DNA of 64,000 nucleotides from Acidobacteriota bacterium (GTDB lineage Bacteria; Actinomycetota; Actinomycetes; Actinomycetales; Microbacteriaceae): NCBI GenBank assembly GCA_019351995.1, contig JABBOD010000014.1, positions 1,457 to 65,456 of the forward strand, read 5' to 3'. Shown piece by piece: positions 56,496 to 64,000 of this stretch (position 1 is its first letter; each line of letters starts with the position of its first letter). The notes under the pieces were generated by a model. It saw only the letters and a program-made list of their open reading frames with translations, ran no database searches and was not told where the DNA came from. The position numbers and the translations under genes were made by a program.

Positions 56496-56556
56496 ATTCG
56501 CCCATACTCGGGCGGCCTGTGCACGGGCCGCACAACTCAAGAAGGCAGGACGCAAC

Positions 56557-57066
56557 GTGGAGTTGTCCGTCGGCAAAACCCTCGTCTACCCGCACCACGG
56601 TGCCGTGACCATCATCGCGCTCTCGAAGCGCACGGTGGCCGGCGTGGAGAAGGAGATGATGACGCTCAACGTCCACACCAGCGAGCTGACCATCATGCTC
56701 CCGACCGACAACGTGGAGCTCGTCGGCGTGCGTGACGTGATCGACAACGACGGCGTGAAGGCCGTGCACCAGGTGCTGCGCGATCCCTTCGTCGAAGAGC
56801 CCGGCAACTGGAGCCGCCGCTACAAGGCCAACCAGGAGAAGATGGCCAGCGGCAGCGTCTACCGGGTCAGCGAGGTCGTCCGTGACCTGTGGCGTCGCGA
56901 TCAGGACCACGGCGTCTCCGCCGGCGAGAAGCGGATGCTGGCCAAGGCCCGGCAGATCCTGATCTCCGAGCTCGCACTGGCTCAGGAGCTCAGCGAAGAG
57001 GATGCCTCGGCAGCCCTCGATGTCGTGCTTGCCAGCGCGGTCACGCCCGAGACCCCCGCCGCCTGA
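56557..57066 (+). CDS. carD: CarD/CdnL family RNA-polymerase-binding transcription regulator
   Basis: '[15 protein letters not shown]', '[16 protein letters not shown]', '[29 protein letters not shown]' are near-identical to the mycobacterial CarD motifs I recall. Confidence 0.88.
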   Translation: MELSVGKTLVYPHHGAVTIIALSKRTVAGVEKEMMTLNVHTSELTIMLPTDNVELVGVRDVIDNDGVKAVHQVLRDPFVEEPGNWSRRYKANQEKMASGSVYRVSEVVRDLWRRDQDHGVSAGEKRMLAKARQILISELALAQELSEEDASAALDVVLASAVTPETPAA

Positions 57067-57349
57067 GACGGCGTCGCGCCGGCTCCCAGACGGGCACCCG
57101 CCCTCTGATCGCCCGTAGCTCCCGCTATGACTCCGCAGACGGAGCTGCGCGTTGGTCCGCGGCGTCGTACCTGGGTCCGTGACGAGGTTTGCCGAGTCGG
57201 GCCGTCTCGGTGTGCCTCGGCAGAGTCGGCGCGGGTTGGCGAGCGTCCCGCCGGCGGAACCGGAACCACATCGCGCCGAGTGCGCCGCTAAACTGAACTG
57301 TTGTCCGGCACCGCCCGGACCCTCTAGCTGAATATCGGAAGGCCCACAC

Positions 57350-58330
57350 GTGGACATCGACCTGGGCATGTTGCGCCTCATGGAGCGCGAGCGCGAGATC
57401 CCCTTTGAGGAACTCGTCGGAATCATCGAGCAGGCCATTCTGACGGCCTACCTGAAGCACACAGACCGGGAGCCGGATTCCGGCGCCCGCGTCGAACTCG
57501 ACCGCAGAACCGGCCACGTGACGGTATTCGTCCCGGAACTCGACGAGGACGGCGAAGTGATCGGCGAGGCAGTCGACAGCCCCGATGACTTCGGACGTAT
57601 CTCGGCCTTCGCCGCGAAGCAGGTCATCAACCAGCGTCTGCGTGATATCGGTGACGACAAGGTGCTCGGCGAGTTCCGCGGGCGAGAGGGCGACATCGTC
57701 GCCGGCGTCATCCAGCAGGGGCCGAACCCTCGGATGATTCACATCGACCTCGGCAGCGTGGAGGCGATCCTGCCTCCGGAGGAGCAGGTGCCGGGCGAGG
57801 ACTACTCGCACGGTTCGCGCATCCGCGTCTATGTGACCAGCGTGTCGAAGGGGCTGAAGGGGCCAGCGATCACGGTCAGCCGCACCCACCCGGGCCTCGT
57901 GCGGAAACTCTTCGCGCTGGAGGTGCCCGAGATCGCCAGTGGACTCGTCGAGATCGCGGCGCTGTCGCGCGAAGCGGGCCACCGCACCAAGATGGCCGTG
58001 CGGGCCACCCAGCCCGGCATCAACGCCAAGGGTGCGTGCATTGGTGAGCTCGGTCAGCGCGTGCGCGCGGTGACCACCGAGTTGCACGACGAGAAGATCG
58101 ACATCGTCGACTGGTCGGCCGATCTGGCGACTTTTGTGGCATCCGCGCTCTCACCGGCGAAAGTGACGAGCGCCTTCGTCGTGGACGAGAGTTTGCGGGC
58201 CGTTCGGGCGCTGGTGCCCGACTACCAGCTGTCGCTGGCGATTGGGAAGGAAGGCCAGAATGCGCGCCTTGCTGCCAAGCTGACCGGCGCCCGCATCGAC
58301 ATCCAGCCCGATTCCGTCATGGAGGATTGA
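57350..58330 (+). CDS. nusA: transcription termination/antitermination factor NusA
   Basis: '[14 protein letters not shown]', S1 domain '[10 protein letters not shown]', KH domains '[24 protein letters not shown]' and '[21 protein letters not shown]'. Confidence 0.92.
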   Translation: MDIDLGMLRLMEREREIPFEELVGIIEQAILTAYLKHTDREPDSGARVELDRRTGHVTVFVPELDEDGEVIGEAVDSPDDFGRISAFAAKQVINQRLRDIGDDKVLGEFRGREGDIVAGVIQQGPNPRMIHIDLGSVEAILPPEEQVPGEDYSHGSRIRVYVTSVSKGLKGPAITVSRTHPGLVRKLFALEVPEIASGLVEIAALSREAGHRTKMAVRATQPGINAKGACIGELGQRVRAVTTELHDEKIDIVDWSADLATFVASALSPAKVTSAFVVDESLRAVRALVPDYQLSLAIGKEGQNARLAAKLTGARIDIQPDSVMED

Positions 58331-58453
58331 CGCCGCGTGGCGTCCAACGGTCCGATCTCAGACCCGTCTGCGGCGCAACGGACCCCGGTGCGCGGGGGTC
58401 CCTGGCGCCGTGGCTCCAACGATGACGGTCAAGGGGGGCGAGATGGGGGTACC

Positions 58454-58717
58454 ATGGAACGCGTCAGAACCTGCCTGGGTTGCCGGCAGCGTGCCCCCCG
58501 AACCTCACTTGTGAGGCTGGTCGCGCGCGAAGGACGTGTTGTGGTGGATGCCGCAGCTCGACTCCCAGGCAGAGGCGCGTGGCTGCATCCCGCAAGCGCG
58601 TGCCTCGAGACCGCGATCTCGCGCAAGGCCTTCGGCCGGGCGTTTCGCGGTTCGGTGCTCGACACTTCATCGCTTCACATCGACCTCGAAAAGGCTGATC
58701 GGCTAATGGACAACTAA
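58454..58717 (+). CDS. ylxR: YlxR (DUF448) family RNA-binding protein
   Basis: 'RTCLGCR', 'L.RLV' and 'GRGAWLH'. The start was set at ATG 58454 (MERVRTC). Position is the canonical nusA-ylxR-infB slot. Confidence 0.8.
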   Translation: MERVRTCLGCRQRAPRTSLVRLVAREGRVVVDAAARLPGRGAWLHPASACLETAISRKAFGRAFRGSVLDTSSLHIDLEKADRLMDN

Positions 58718-58758
58718 TGAGCGACTCGAAATGAGTTCCGTCCTCAACTAATGTCCGC

Positions 58759-58782
58759 CCTGTCTGGGTGGACCCAGACAGG
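58759..58782 (+). promoter_or_regulatory. 10-bp perfect stem-loop overlapping the infB Shine-Dalgarno
   Basis: cctgtctggg / loop tgga / cccagacagg. The 3' arm contains the first 3 nt of AGGAG (58780-84), which lies 4 nt before GTG 58789. Confidence 0.5.
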
Positions 58783-58788
58783 AGAATT

Positions 58789-61539
58789 GTGGCCAACCCA
58801 CGCGTGCACGAGATCGCGAACGAACTCGGCATCGATAGCAAGATCGCTCTGGAGAAACTCAAGGGCATGGGCGAGTTCGTCAAGAGCGCGTCCTCCAGCA
58901 TCGCACCGCCCGTCGCGCGTCGCCTGAAGGCGGCGCTCGAGGCGGACGGCCACACGGCACCGGCTGGCGGACCCGCTCCGGCGGCGTCCACCGCAACGGC
59001 ACCCCGCCCCGCGGCGGCACGTCCGGCGAGCCCGGCACCGGCACCGGCCCCCGCCCCGGCTCCCGCAGCCTCGGTGGAGGTGCCTGCCGCACCCGCCCCC
59101 AGCGCCCCGGCGCCCGCACCCTCGTCTGCGTCCCCGAGCGCTCCCGCTCCGGCGGCACCGGCCGCACCCGCTGCCCCCGGCACCCCGGCGGCCGCAACAC
59201 CCGCCGCCGACGGCGCGCGTCCGGGAACACCCCGCCCGGGTAACAACCCGTACGCCAGCGCGCAGGGCATGTCCCGTCCGGGCGCTCCGCGTCCCGGCAA
59301 CAACCCCTTCGCCGGCTCGCAGGGCATGCCGCGACCGGGTGGAGCGAATGGCGCGATCCCGCGTCCGGCGGCTCCGCGTCCCGGTGCTCCGCGCCCCGGA
59401 GCCCCTCGCCCGGGCGGTCCGGGGACCGGTCGTCCCGGCGCACCGTTCCAGCAGCGTCCCGGCGGCCCCGGTCGTCCCGGCGGCGCCGGCGGCGGATTCC
59501 AGCGTCCCGGCGGTGCTCCCGGCACGACGGGCGGTTTCGCCGGTCGTCCCGGTGGCGCCGGCGGTCGTGGTCGTGGACCCGGTGGCGGCACCGCAGGTGC
59601 CTTCGGCCGTGGCGGCGGCAAGAGCCGTGCCCGCAAGTCGAAGCGGACGAAGCGTGCCGAGTTCGAGATGCGGGATGCTCCGTCGCTCGGCGGCGTCGCG
59701 ATCCCGCGTGGTGACGGCAAGACGATCATCCGGATGCGCCGCGGCGCCTCCATCTCCGACCTGGCCGACAAGCTCGAGCAGGTCACCAAGTACTCGGTCC
59801 AGCCGGGCGCGCTGGTGACCGCTCTCTTCCACCTCGGTGAGATGGCAACGGCGACCGAGTCGCTCGATGACGCCACCTTCGGCATCCTCGGTGAGGAACT
59901 CGGCTACAACATCCAGATCGTCAGCCCCGAGGACGAAGACAAGGAGCTTCTCGACGGCTTCGACATCGACCTTGAGCAGGAGCTCGCCGACGAGGATGAC
60001 GACGATCTCGAGATCCGTCCCCCCGTGGTGACCGTGATGGGTCACGTCGACCACGGTAAGACCAAGCTGCTCGACGCGATCCGCGAAGCGAATGTCGTCG
60101 CGGGCGAGGCCGGTGGTATCACGCAGCACATCGGTGCGTACCAGGTCTGGACCGAGCACGAGGGCATCGAGCGTGCCATCACCTTCATCGACACCCCGGG
60201 TCACGAGGCGTTCACCGCCATGCGTGCTCGTGGTGCGCAGGTGACGGACATCGCGATCCTGGTGGTCGCCGCCGACGACGGCATCATGCCGCAGACGGTG
60301 GAGGCGCTGAACCACGCACAGGCAGCGGGCGTGCCGATCGTGGTCGCCGTGAACAAAGTCGACAAGGAGGGGGCCAACCCCGCCAAGGTGCGTCAGCAGC
60401 TCACCGAGTTCGGCCTGGTCGCCGAGGAGTTCGGTGGCGACACCATCTTCCGCGACGTCTCCGCCCTGCAGAAGAAGGGCATCGCCGAGCTCCTCGACGC
60501 GGTCCTCCTGACCGCGGATGCCGGCCTCGACCTCCGCGCGAACCCCAACAAGGACGCGCGCGGCGTCGCGATCGAAGCCAAGCTCGACAAGGGACGCGGC
60601 GCCGTGGCGACCGTGCTCATCCAGTCGGGAACGCTCCGAGTCGGAGACCCGATCGTCGCCGGGACGGCATATGGCCGTGTCCGGGCAATGCACGACGAGA
60701 ACGGCGACGTCGTCGAGGAGGCATACCCGGCCCGTCCGGTTCAGGTGCAGGGTCTGTCGACCGTGCCCCGCGCCGGCGACACCTTCCTGGTGACCGACGA
60801 CGACCGCACCGCTCGACAGATCGCCGAGAAGCGCGAAGCCGTGCAGCGCAATGCTCAGCTGGCCAAGGCCCGCAAGCGCATCTCGCTTGAGGACTTCACC
60901 CGCGTGCTCGCCGAGGGCAAGGTCGACTCGCTCAACCTCATCATCAAGGGCGATGTCTCCGGTGCCGTCGAGGCGCTGGAAGAGGCGCTGCTCAAGATCG
61001 AGGTCGACGACAGCGTTCAGCTGCGCATCCTGCACCGCGGTGTCGGTGCTGTCACCGAGTCGGACATCGACCTGGCGACGATCGACAACGCGATCGTCAT
61101 CGGGTTCAACGTGCGGCCCGACGTGAAGGCGCGCGAGCGCGCTCAGCGCGAAGGCATCGACGTGCGGTTCTACTCGGTGATCTACGACGCGCTCGACGAC
61201 ATCGAGTCCTCGCTCAAGGGCATGCTCAAGCCCGAGTTCGAAGAGGTGCAGTCGGGGGTCGCCGAGATCCGCGAGATCTTCCGCAGCTCGAAGGCCGGCA
61301 ACATCGCCGGTGTCATCGTGCGCAGCGGAACGATCACCCGCAACGCCAAGGCGCGCGTCATCCGTGACGGTGTCGTGGTCGGGGACAACCTGGCCATCGA
61401 CTCGCTTCGTCGCTTCAAGGATGACGTCACCGAGGTGCGCACGGACTTCGAGGCCGGTATCGGTCTGGGTAAGTTCAACGACATCCAGATCGGTGACGAG
61501 ATCGAGACGATCGAAATGAAAGAGAAGGTCCGGGCCTAG
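58789..61539 (+). CDS. infB: translation initiation factor IF-2
   Basis: N-terminus '[18 protein letters not shown]', a P/A/G-rich linker, and G-domain '[16 protein letters not shown]', 'DTPGHEAF' and 'NKVD'. GTG 58789 was preferred over the ORF-track start 58768. Confidence 0.93.
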   Translation: MANPRVHEIANELGIDSKIALEKLKGMGEFVKSASSSIAPPVARRLKAALEADGHTAPAGGPAPAASTATAPRPAAARPASPAPAPAPAPAPAASVEVPAAPAPSAPAPAPSSASPSAPAPAAPAAPAAPGTPAAATPAADGARPGTPRPGNNPYASAQGMSRPGAPRPGNNPFAGSQGMPRPGGANGAIPRPAAPRPGAPRPGAPRPGGPGTGRPGAPFQQRPGGPGRPGGAGGGFQRPGGAPGTTGGFAGRPGGAGGRGRGPGGGTAGAFGRGGGKSRARKSKRTKRAEFEMRDAPSLGGVAIPRGDGKTIIRMRRGASISDLADKLEQVTKYSVQPGALVTALFHLGEMATATESLDDATFGILGEELGYNIQIVSPEDEDKELLDGFDIDLEQELADEDDDDLEIRPPVVTVMGHVDHGKTKLLDAIREANVVAGEAGGITQHIGAYQVWTEHEGIERAITFIDTPGHEAFTAMRARGAQVTDIAILVVAADDGIMPQTVEALNHAQAAGVPIVVAVNKVDKEGANPAKVRQQLTEFGLVAEEFGGDTIFRDVSALQKKGIAELLDAVLLTADAGLDLRANPNKDARGVAIEAKLDKGRGAVATVLIQSGTLRVGDPIVAGTAYGRVRAMHDENGDVVEEAYPARPVQVQGLSTVPRAGDTFLVTDDDRTARQIAEKREAVQRNAQLAKARKRISLEDFTRVLAEGKVDSLNLIIKGDVSGAVEALEEALLKIEVDDSVQLRILHRGVGAVTESDIDLATIDNAIVIGFNVRPDVKARERAQREGIDVRFYSVIYDALDDIESSLKGMLKPEFEEVQSGVAEIREIFRSSKAGNIAGVIVRSGTITRNAKARVIRDGVVVGDNLAIDSLRRFKDDVTEVRTDFEAGIGLGKFNDIQIGDEIETIEMKEKVRA

Positions 61540-61545
61540 CCCGTT

Positions 61546-61577
61546 CCGGAGCCCGGGTGGTGACGCCCGGGCTCCGG
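61546..61577 (+). terminator. 12-bp perfect GC-rich hairpin 7 nt downstream of the infB stop
   Basis: ccggagcccggg / loop tggtgacg / cccgggctccgg, followed by ctctgtct. Candidate intrinsic terminator or RNA-processing site. Confidence 0.5.
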
Positions 61578-61580
61578 CTC

Positions 61581-61632
61581 TGTCTCGAAAGTCAAGAGGC
61601 GGGGACCCCTACCCCGATTGACTTTCGAGACA
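61581..61632 (+). promoter_or_regulatory. 15-bp perfect inverted repeat with 22-nt loop upstream of rbfA
   Basis: tgtctcgaaagtcaa (61581-95) and ttgactttcgagaca (61618-32), read directly. Function is unknown. Confidence 0.45.
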
Positions 61633-61702
61633 GACCCTGCGCCCCGGCTCCGAACATCGGAACGGGACGAGCAATCCCCGATGACGAGGGAAAGGCACTG
61701 CA

Positions 61703-62155
61703 ATGGCGGGATCTGATCGGCCGGCGAAGATGGGTGACCTGATTCGCGAGGTGATTGCGAAGCGGATCGAGAAGGGTCTCCGCGATCCGCGGATGGGGTT
61801 TGTGACCATCACCGACGTGCGCGTGACCGGCGACCTGCAGCACGCGAGCGTGTTCTACACGGTGTACGGCACCGATGAGGAGCGTGCTGATACGGCCGCT
61901 GCCCTGAAATCGGCGACCGGGATGCTGCGCACCGAGGTCGGCCGCAACATCACGACCCGGCTCACCCCGTCACTCGAGTTCATCCCCGATGGGATCCCCG
62001 AGAACGCGGCCGCGATCGACTCTCTCCTGCGCGAAGCGCGCGAACGGGACAGCGCAGCGGCGGCACTCGCCTCCTCGGCGATGTACGCGGGGGACGAGGA
62101 CCCGTACGTGAAACCGCGGGAGATCGCCGAAGACGACGCCGACGAGCAGCTCTAG
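61703..62155 (+). CDS. rbfA: ribosome-binding factor A
   Basis: 'LIREVIAKRIEKGLRDPRMGFVTITDVRVTGDLQHASVFY' and 'LTPSLEF..D'. It has an acidic C-terminal tail. Confidence 0.9.
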   Translation: MAGSDRPAKMGDLIREVIAKRIEKGLRDPRMGFVTITDVRVTGDLQHASVFYTVYGTDEERADTAAALKSATGMLRTEVGRNITTRLTPSLEFIPDGIPENAAAIDSLLREARERDSAAAALASSAMYAGDEDPYVKPREIAEDDADEQL

Positions 62156-62185
62156 ACCGCACGACGGCATCGGGACACTCGGCGA

Positions 62186-63064
62186 CTATTTCAGGAGTCG
62201 CGACAGCACCCGATCGGCGAGCGGCCTGCCGCCCGTCTGGCAGTTGGGGCAGTACTGGAACGTCGAGTCGGCGTAGATCACCTGACGCACGGTGTCGCCG
62301 CACACCGGACACGGGAGACCGGTGCGGCCGTGCACCCGCAAGTTGCTCCTCTTTTCGCCTTTCAAATCGCTGAGGGAGACCCCGTTCGCACGCTCGACCG
62401 CGCTACGGAGCGTCTGCTGGAGGGCGGCGTAGAGTCGAGCCGCCTCATCCGGGCCCATGTCGGCCGGCTTGAATGGCGACATCTGGGCGGCGTGCAGGAT
62501 CTCGTCGGAGTACGCGTTCCCGATTCCGGCGATGATCGACTGATTGCGCAGGACGCCCTTGATCTGAGCGCGTCCCTGGGATGTGAGGATGTCCCGGAAC
62601 AGCGCTTCACTGAACGACGCGTCAAGCGGGTCCGGCCCGAGTCGCGCGACGCCCGGCACCTCATCCGCCCGGTGGACGAGCGAGATGGCCAGGCTCTTCT
62701 TGGTTCCTGCCTCGGTGATGTCGAGTCCTGACCCGTCATCCAAGACCAGGCGCGCGGCGAGTGGCCCCTTGCCGGGACCGCGTGGCATCGGTGCGGGGGC
62801 GGTGGTGCGCCAGCGCAGCCAGCCGGCGCGGGCGAGGTGGATCAGCAGGTGCAGAGCCTCGCCGTCCGCGGTCGTCGCTCCGATGTCGAGGTACTTGCCG
62901 TGCCGGGTGATCTCGCCGATCGTCGCTCCGCGCAGGGCGTCAAGCGGCGGCTCGTATGTCTTCAGCGCCGGGAAGGCGAGGATGTCGATGCGATCGAGGA
63001 CGCGTCCACCGAGGCGAGCGCTCAGCTCGGTGGCGAGCGCCTGCACTTCGGGCAGTTCCGGCAT
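62186..63064 (-). CDS. Fpg/Nei family DNA glycosylase / AP lyase
   Basis: 'MPELPEV' catalytic N-terminus, H2TH region 'LLRNQSIIAGIGNAYSDEILH', and C-terminal zinc finger 'CPVCG...CPNCQ'. Confidence 0.88.
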   Translation of the reverse strand: MPELPEVQALATELSARLGGRVLDRIDILAFPALKTYEPPLDALRGATIGEITRHGKYLDIGATTADGEALHLLIHLARAGWLRWRTTAPAPMPRGPGKGPLAARLVLDDGSGLDITEAGTKKSLAISLVHRADEVPGVARLGPDPLDASFSEALFRDILTSQGRAQIKGVLRNQSIIAGIGNAYSDEILHAAQMSPFKPADMGPDEAARLYAALQQTLRSAVERANGVSLSDLKGEKRSNLRVHGRTGLPCPVCGDTVRQVIYADSTFQYCPNCQTGGRPLADRVLSRLLK

Positions 63065-63168
63065 GGCACCCAGTGTGCGTCAGAACCCCGTCACCGCGCA
63101 CGATGTCTGGCCACAACGGGCGGCAGGCTCGGGAGGGTCTTGAGCCGCGCCCTGACCAGACACCAGGC

Positions 63169-64000
63169 TCAGGTGAGTGGCAGCGTGTAGCCGTCGACCG
63201 GGTCGCCGGTCACCAGGCCATCGCGCCGGAGGCCCGCCAGCGCGCGATCCCGCTGCGCGGCATCCGGCCACACGTACTCGAGGGCCGCACCCGGCACGGG
63301 GATGTCGGCGGCGCGCAGCTCGCGCAGGATCAGTCCGCGCACCTGCCGGTCCGAGCCCTCGTACTTCTTCTGCCTGGCCGCCCGAGGGCCCTCATAGTCG
63401 GGATACCCCGCGGCCCGCCAGGCACAGCTCGCCACGAGCGGGCACTCCTCGCAGCGCGGGGATCGCGCGGTGCACACCGTCTGCCCCAGTTCCATGGCGC
63501 CGGCGTTGCTCAGCCGTGCGCGTTCCGCGTCGAGGGGCAGGAGCGCAGCCATGTCATCCAGATCGCGCCGGGTGTGCGGGGGGCCCGGCTCCGCCTGGCC
63601 GCCGATCGCCCGCGCGAGCACACGCCGGACGTTCGTGTCGACCACCGGCGTGCGCACCCCGTACGCGAACGCCGCGACGGCGCGCGCCGTGTACGGGCCG
63701 ACACCGGGAAGCGTGAGCAGCTCCTCGACGTCGGACGGCACCCGGTTGGCGTGCTGGGCTGCGATGACCGCCGCTGCGGCGTGCAGATTGAGCGCGCGCC
63801 GTGGGTACCCCAGCCGGTCCCAGGCCCGGACGGCCTCGCCCGGAGGAACCGCGGCCAGGTCGGCCGGGGACGGCCAGCGTTCCAGCCACTCGGCGAGCCG
63901 GGGGATCACGCGGGCGACCGGCGTCTGCTGGAGCATGAACTCGGAGACCAGGATGCCCCAGGCCGGGAACTCAGGATGCCGCCACGGCAGCTCCCGATGG
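63169..64000 (-). CDS. mutY: A/G-specific adenine glycosylase (5' end outside window)
   Basis: 'SEFMLQQTPV', HhH 'LPGVGPYTA' and Fe-S cluster loop 'CTARSPRCEECP..ASC'. The frame stays open to the window edge ('HRELPWRHPEFPAWGILVSEF'). Confidence 0.85.
   Translation of the reverse strand, partial: HRELPWRHPEFPAWGILVSEFMLQQTPVARVIPRLAEWLERWPSPADLAAVPPGEAVRAWDRLGYPRRALNLHAAAAVIAAQHANRVPSDVEELLTLPGVGPYTARAVAAFAYGVRTPVVDTNVRRVLARAIGGQAEPGPPHTRRDLDDMAALLPLDAERARLSNAGAMELGQTVCTARSPRCEECPLVASCAWRAAGYPDYEGPRAARQKKYEGSDRQVRGLILRELRAADIPVPGAALEYVWPDAAQRDRALAGLRRDGLVTGDPVDGYTLPLT

Noticed and set aside
58950-59650. Extremely P/A/G-rich, internally repetitive stretch (including a duplicated 'PRPGNNP..A..QGM.RPG' unit).
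   Set aside because: It is in frame within infB and corresponds to the variable low-complexity N-terminal linker typical of actinobacterial IF-2. It is not an independent element.
1-64000. tRNA, rRNA, riboswitch, IS element, integrase or prophage content.
   Set aside because: I inspected all intergenic gaps over 60 nt by eye. None shows a cloverleaf-compatible sequence, a known riboswitch core or a transposase/integrase-like ORF. A covariance-model scan (tRNAscan-SE, Infernal) would be needed to exclude small RNAs formally.
62186-64000. Adjacent Fpg/Nei and MutY base-excision repair genes as a possible special GO-system island.
   Set aside because: Both are ordinary housekeeping BER genes with intact motifs. 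Adjacency of two same-strand repair genes is unremarkable, and nothing in the sequence suggests novelty.

Overview
High-GC (by eye about 70% G+C) actinobacterial-type chromosomal window, almost fully coding. I count about 53 protein genes and recognised no rRNA, tRNA, CRISPR array, transposase or integrase. Blocks: (i) 1-6.8 kb: small redox and membrane genes plus a putrescine-to-GABA catabolic set (FAD oxidoreductase, class-III aminotransferase, Lrp/AsnC regulator, PatD-like aldehyde dehydrogenase). (ii) 6.96-24.89 kb: a nine-gene, same-strand module of FHA protein, PP2C phosphatase, Ser/Thr kinase, a 1,986-aa membrane-anchored cadherin/FN3 giant, MoxR AAA+ ATPase, DUF58, a cysteine-free transglutaminase-like membrane protein, a double zinc-ribbon FHA protein and an EccC/EssC-like FtsK/SpoIIIE ATPase. 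This is the best candidate for an undescribed system. (iii) 24.9-36.7 kb: alanine dehydrogenase, a PotABCD-type polyamine ABC importer, three more class-III aminotransferases (two are GabT paralogues), OsmC and LtrA. (iv) 36.8-41.1 kb: FKBP lipoprotein, dxr, and a site-2 protease followed by a tandem duplicate of its own 3' end. (v) 41.2-52.3 kb: a tightly coupled array of a Liv-type ABC transporter, acyl-CoA ligase, TetR, 3-hydroxybutyrate dehydrogenase, hydrolases and ScoAB CoA-transferase. (vi) 52.4-64 kb: housekeeping genes ispG, proS, carD, nusA-ylxR-infB-rbfA, Fpg/Nei and MutY, with a DUF559 endonuclease-like gene bracketed by two copies of a 57-nt palindromic element between ispG and proS. 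All functional calls come from by-eye motif recognition on the supplied translations. No database search, HMM scan or folding calculation was possible, and several start codons were moved from the ORF-track maximum on the basis of homology or RBS context.
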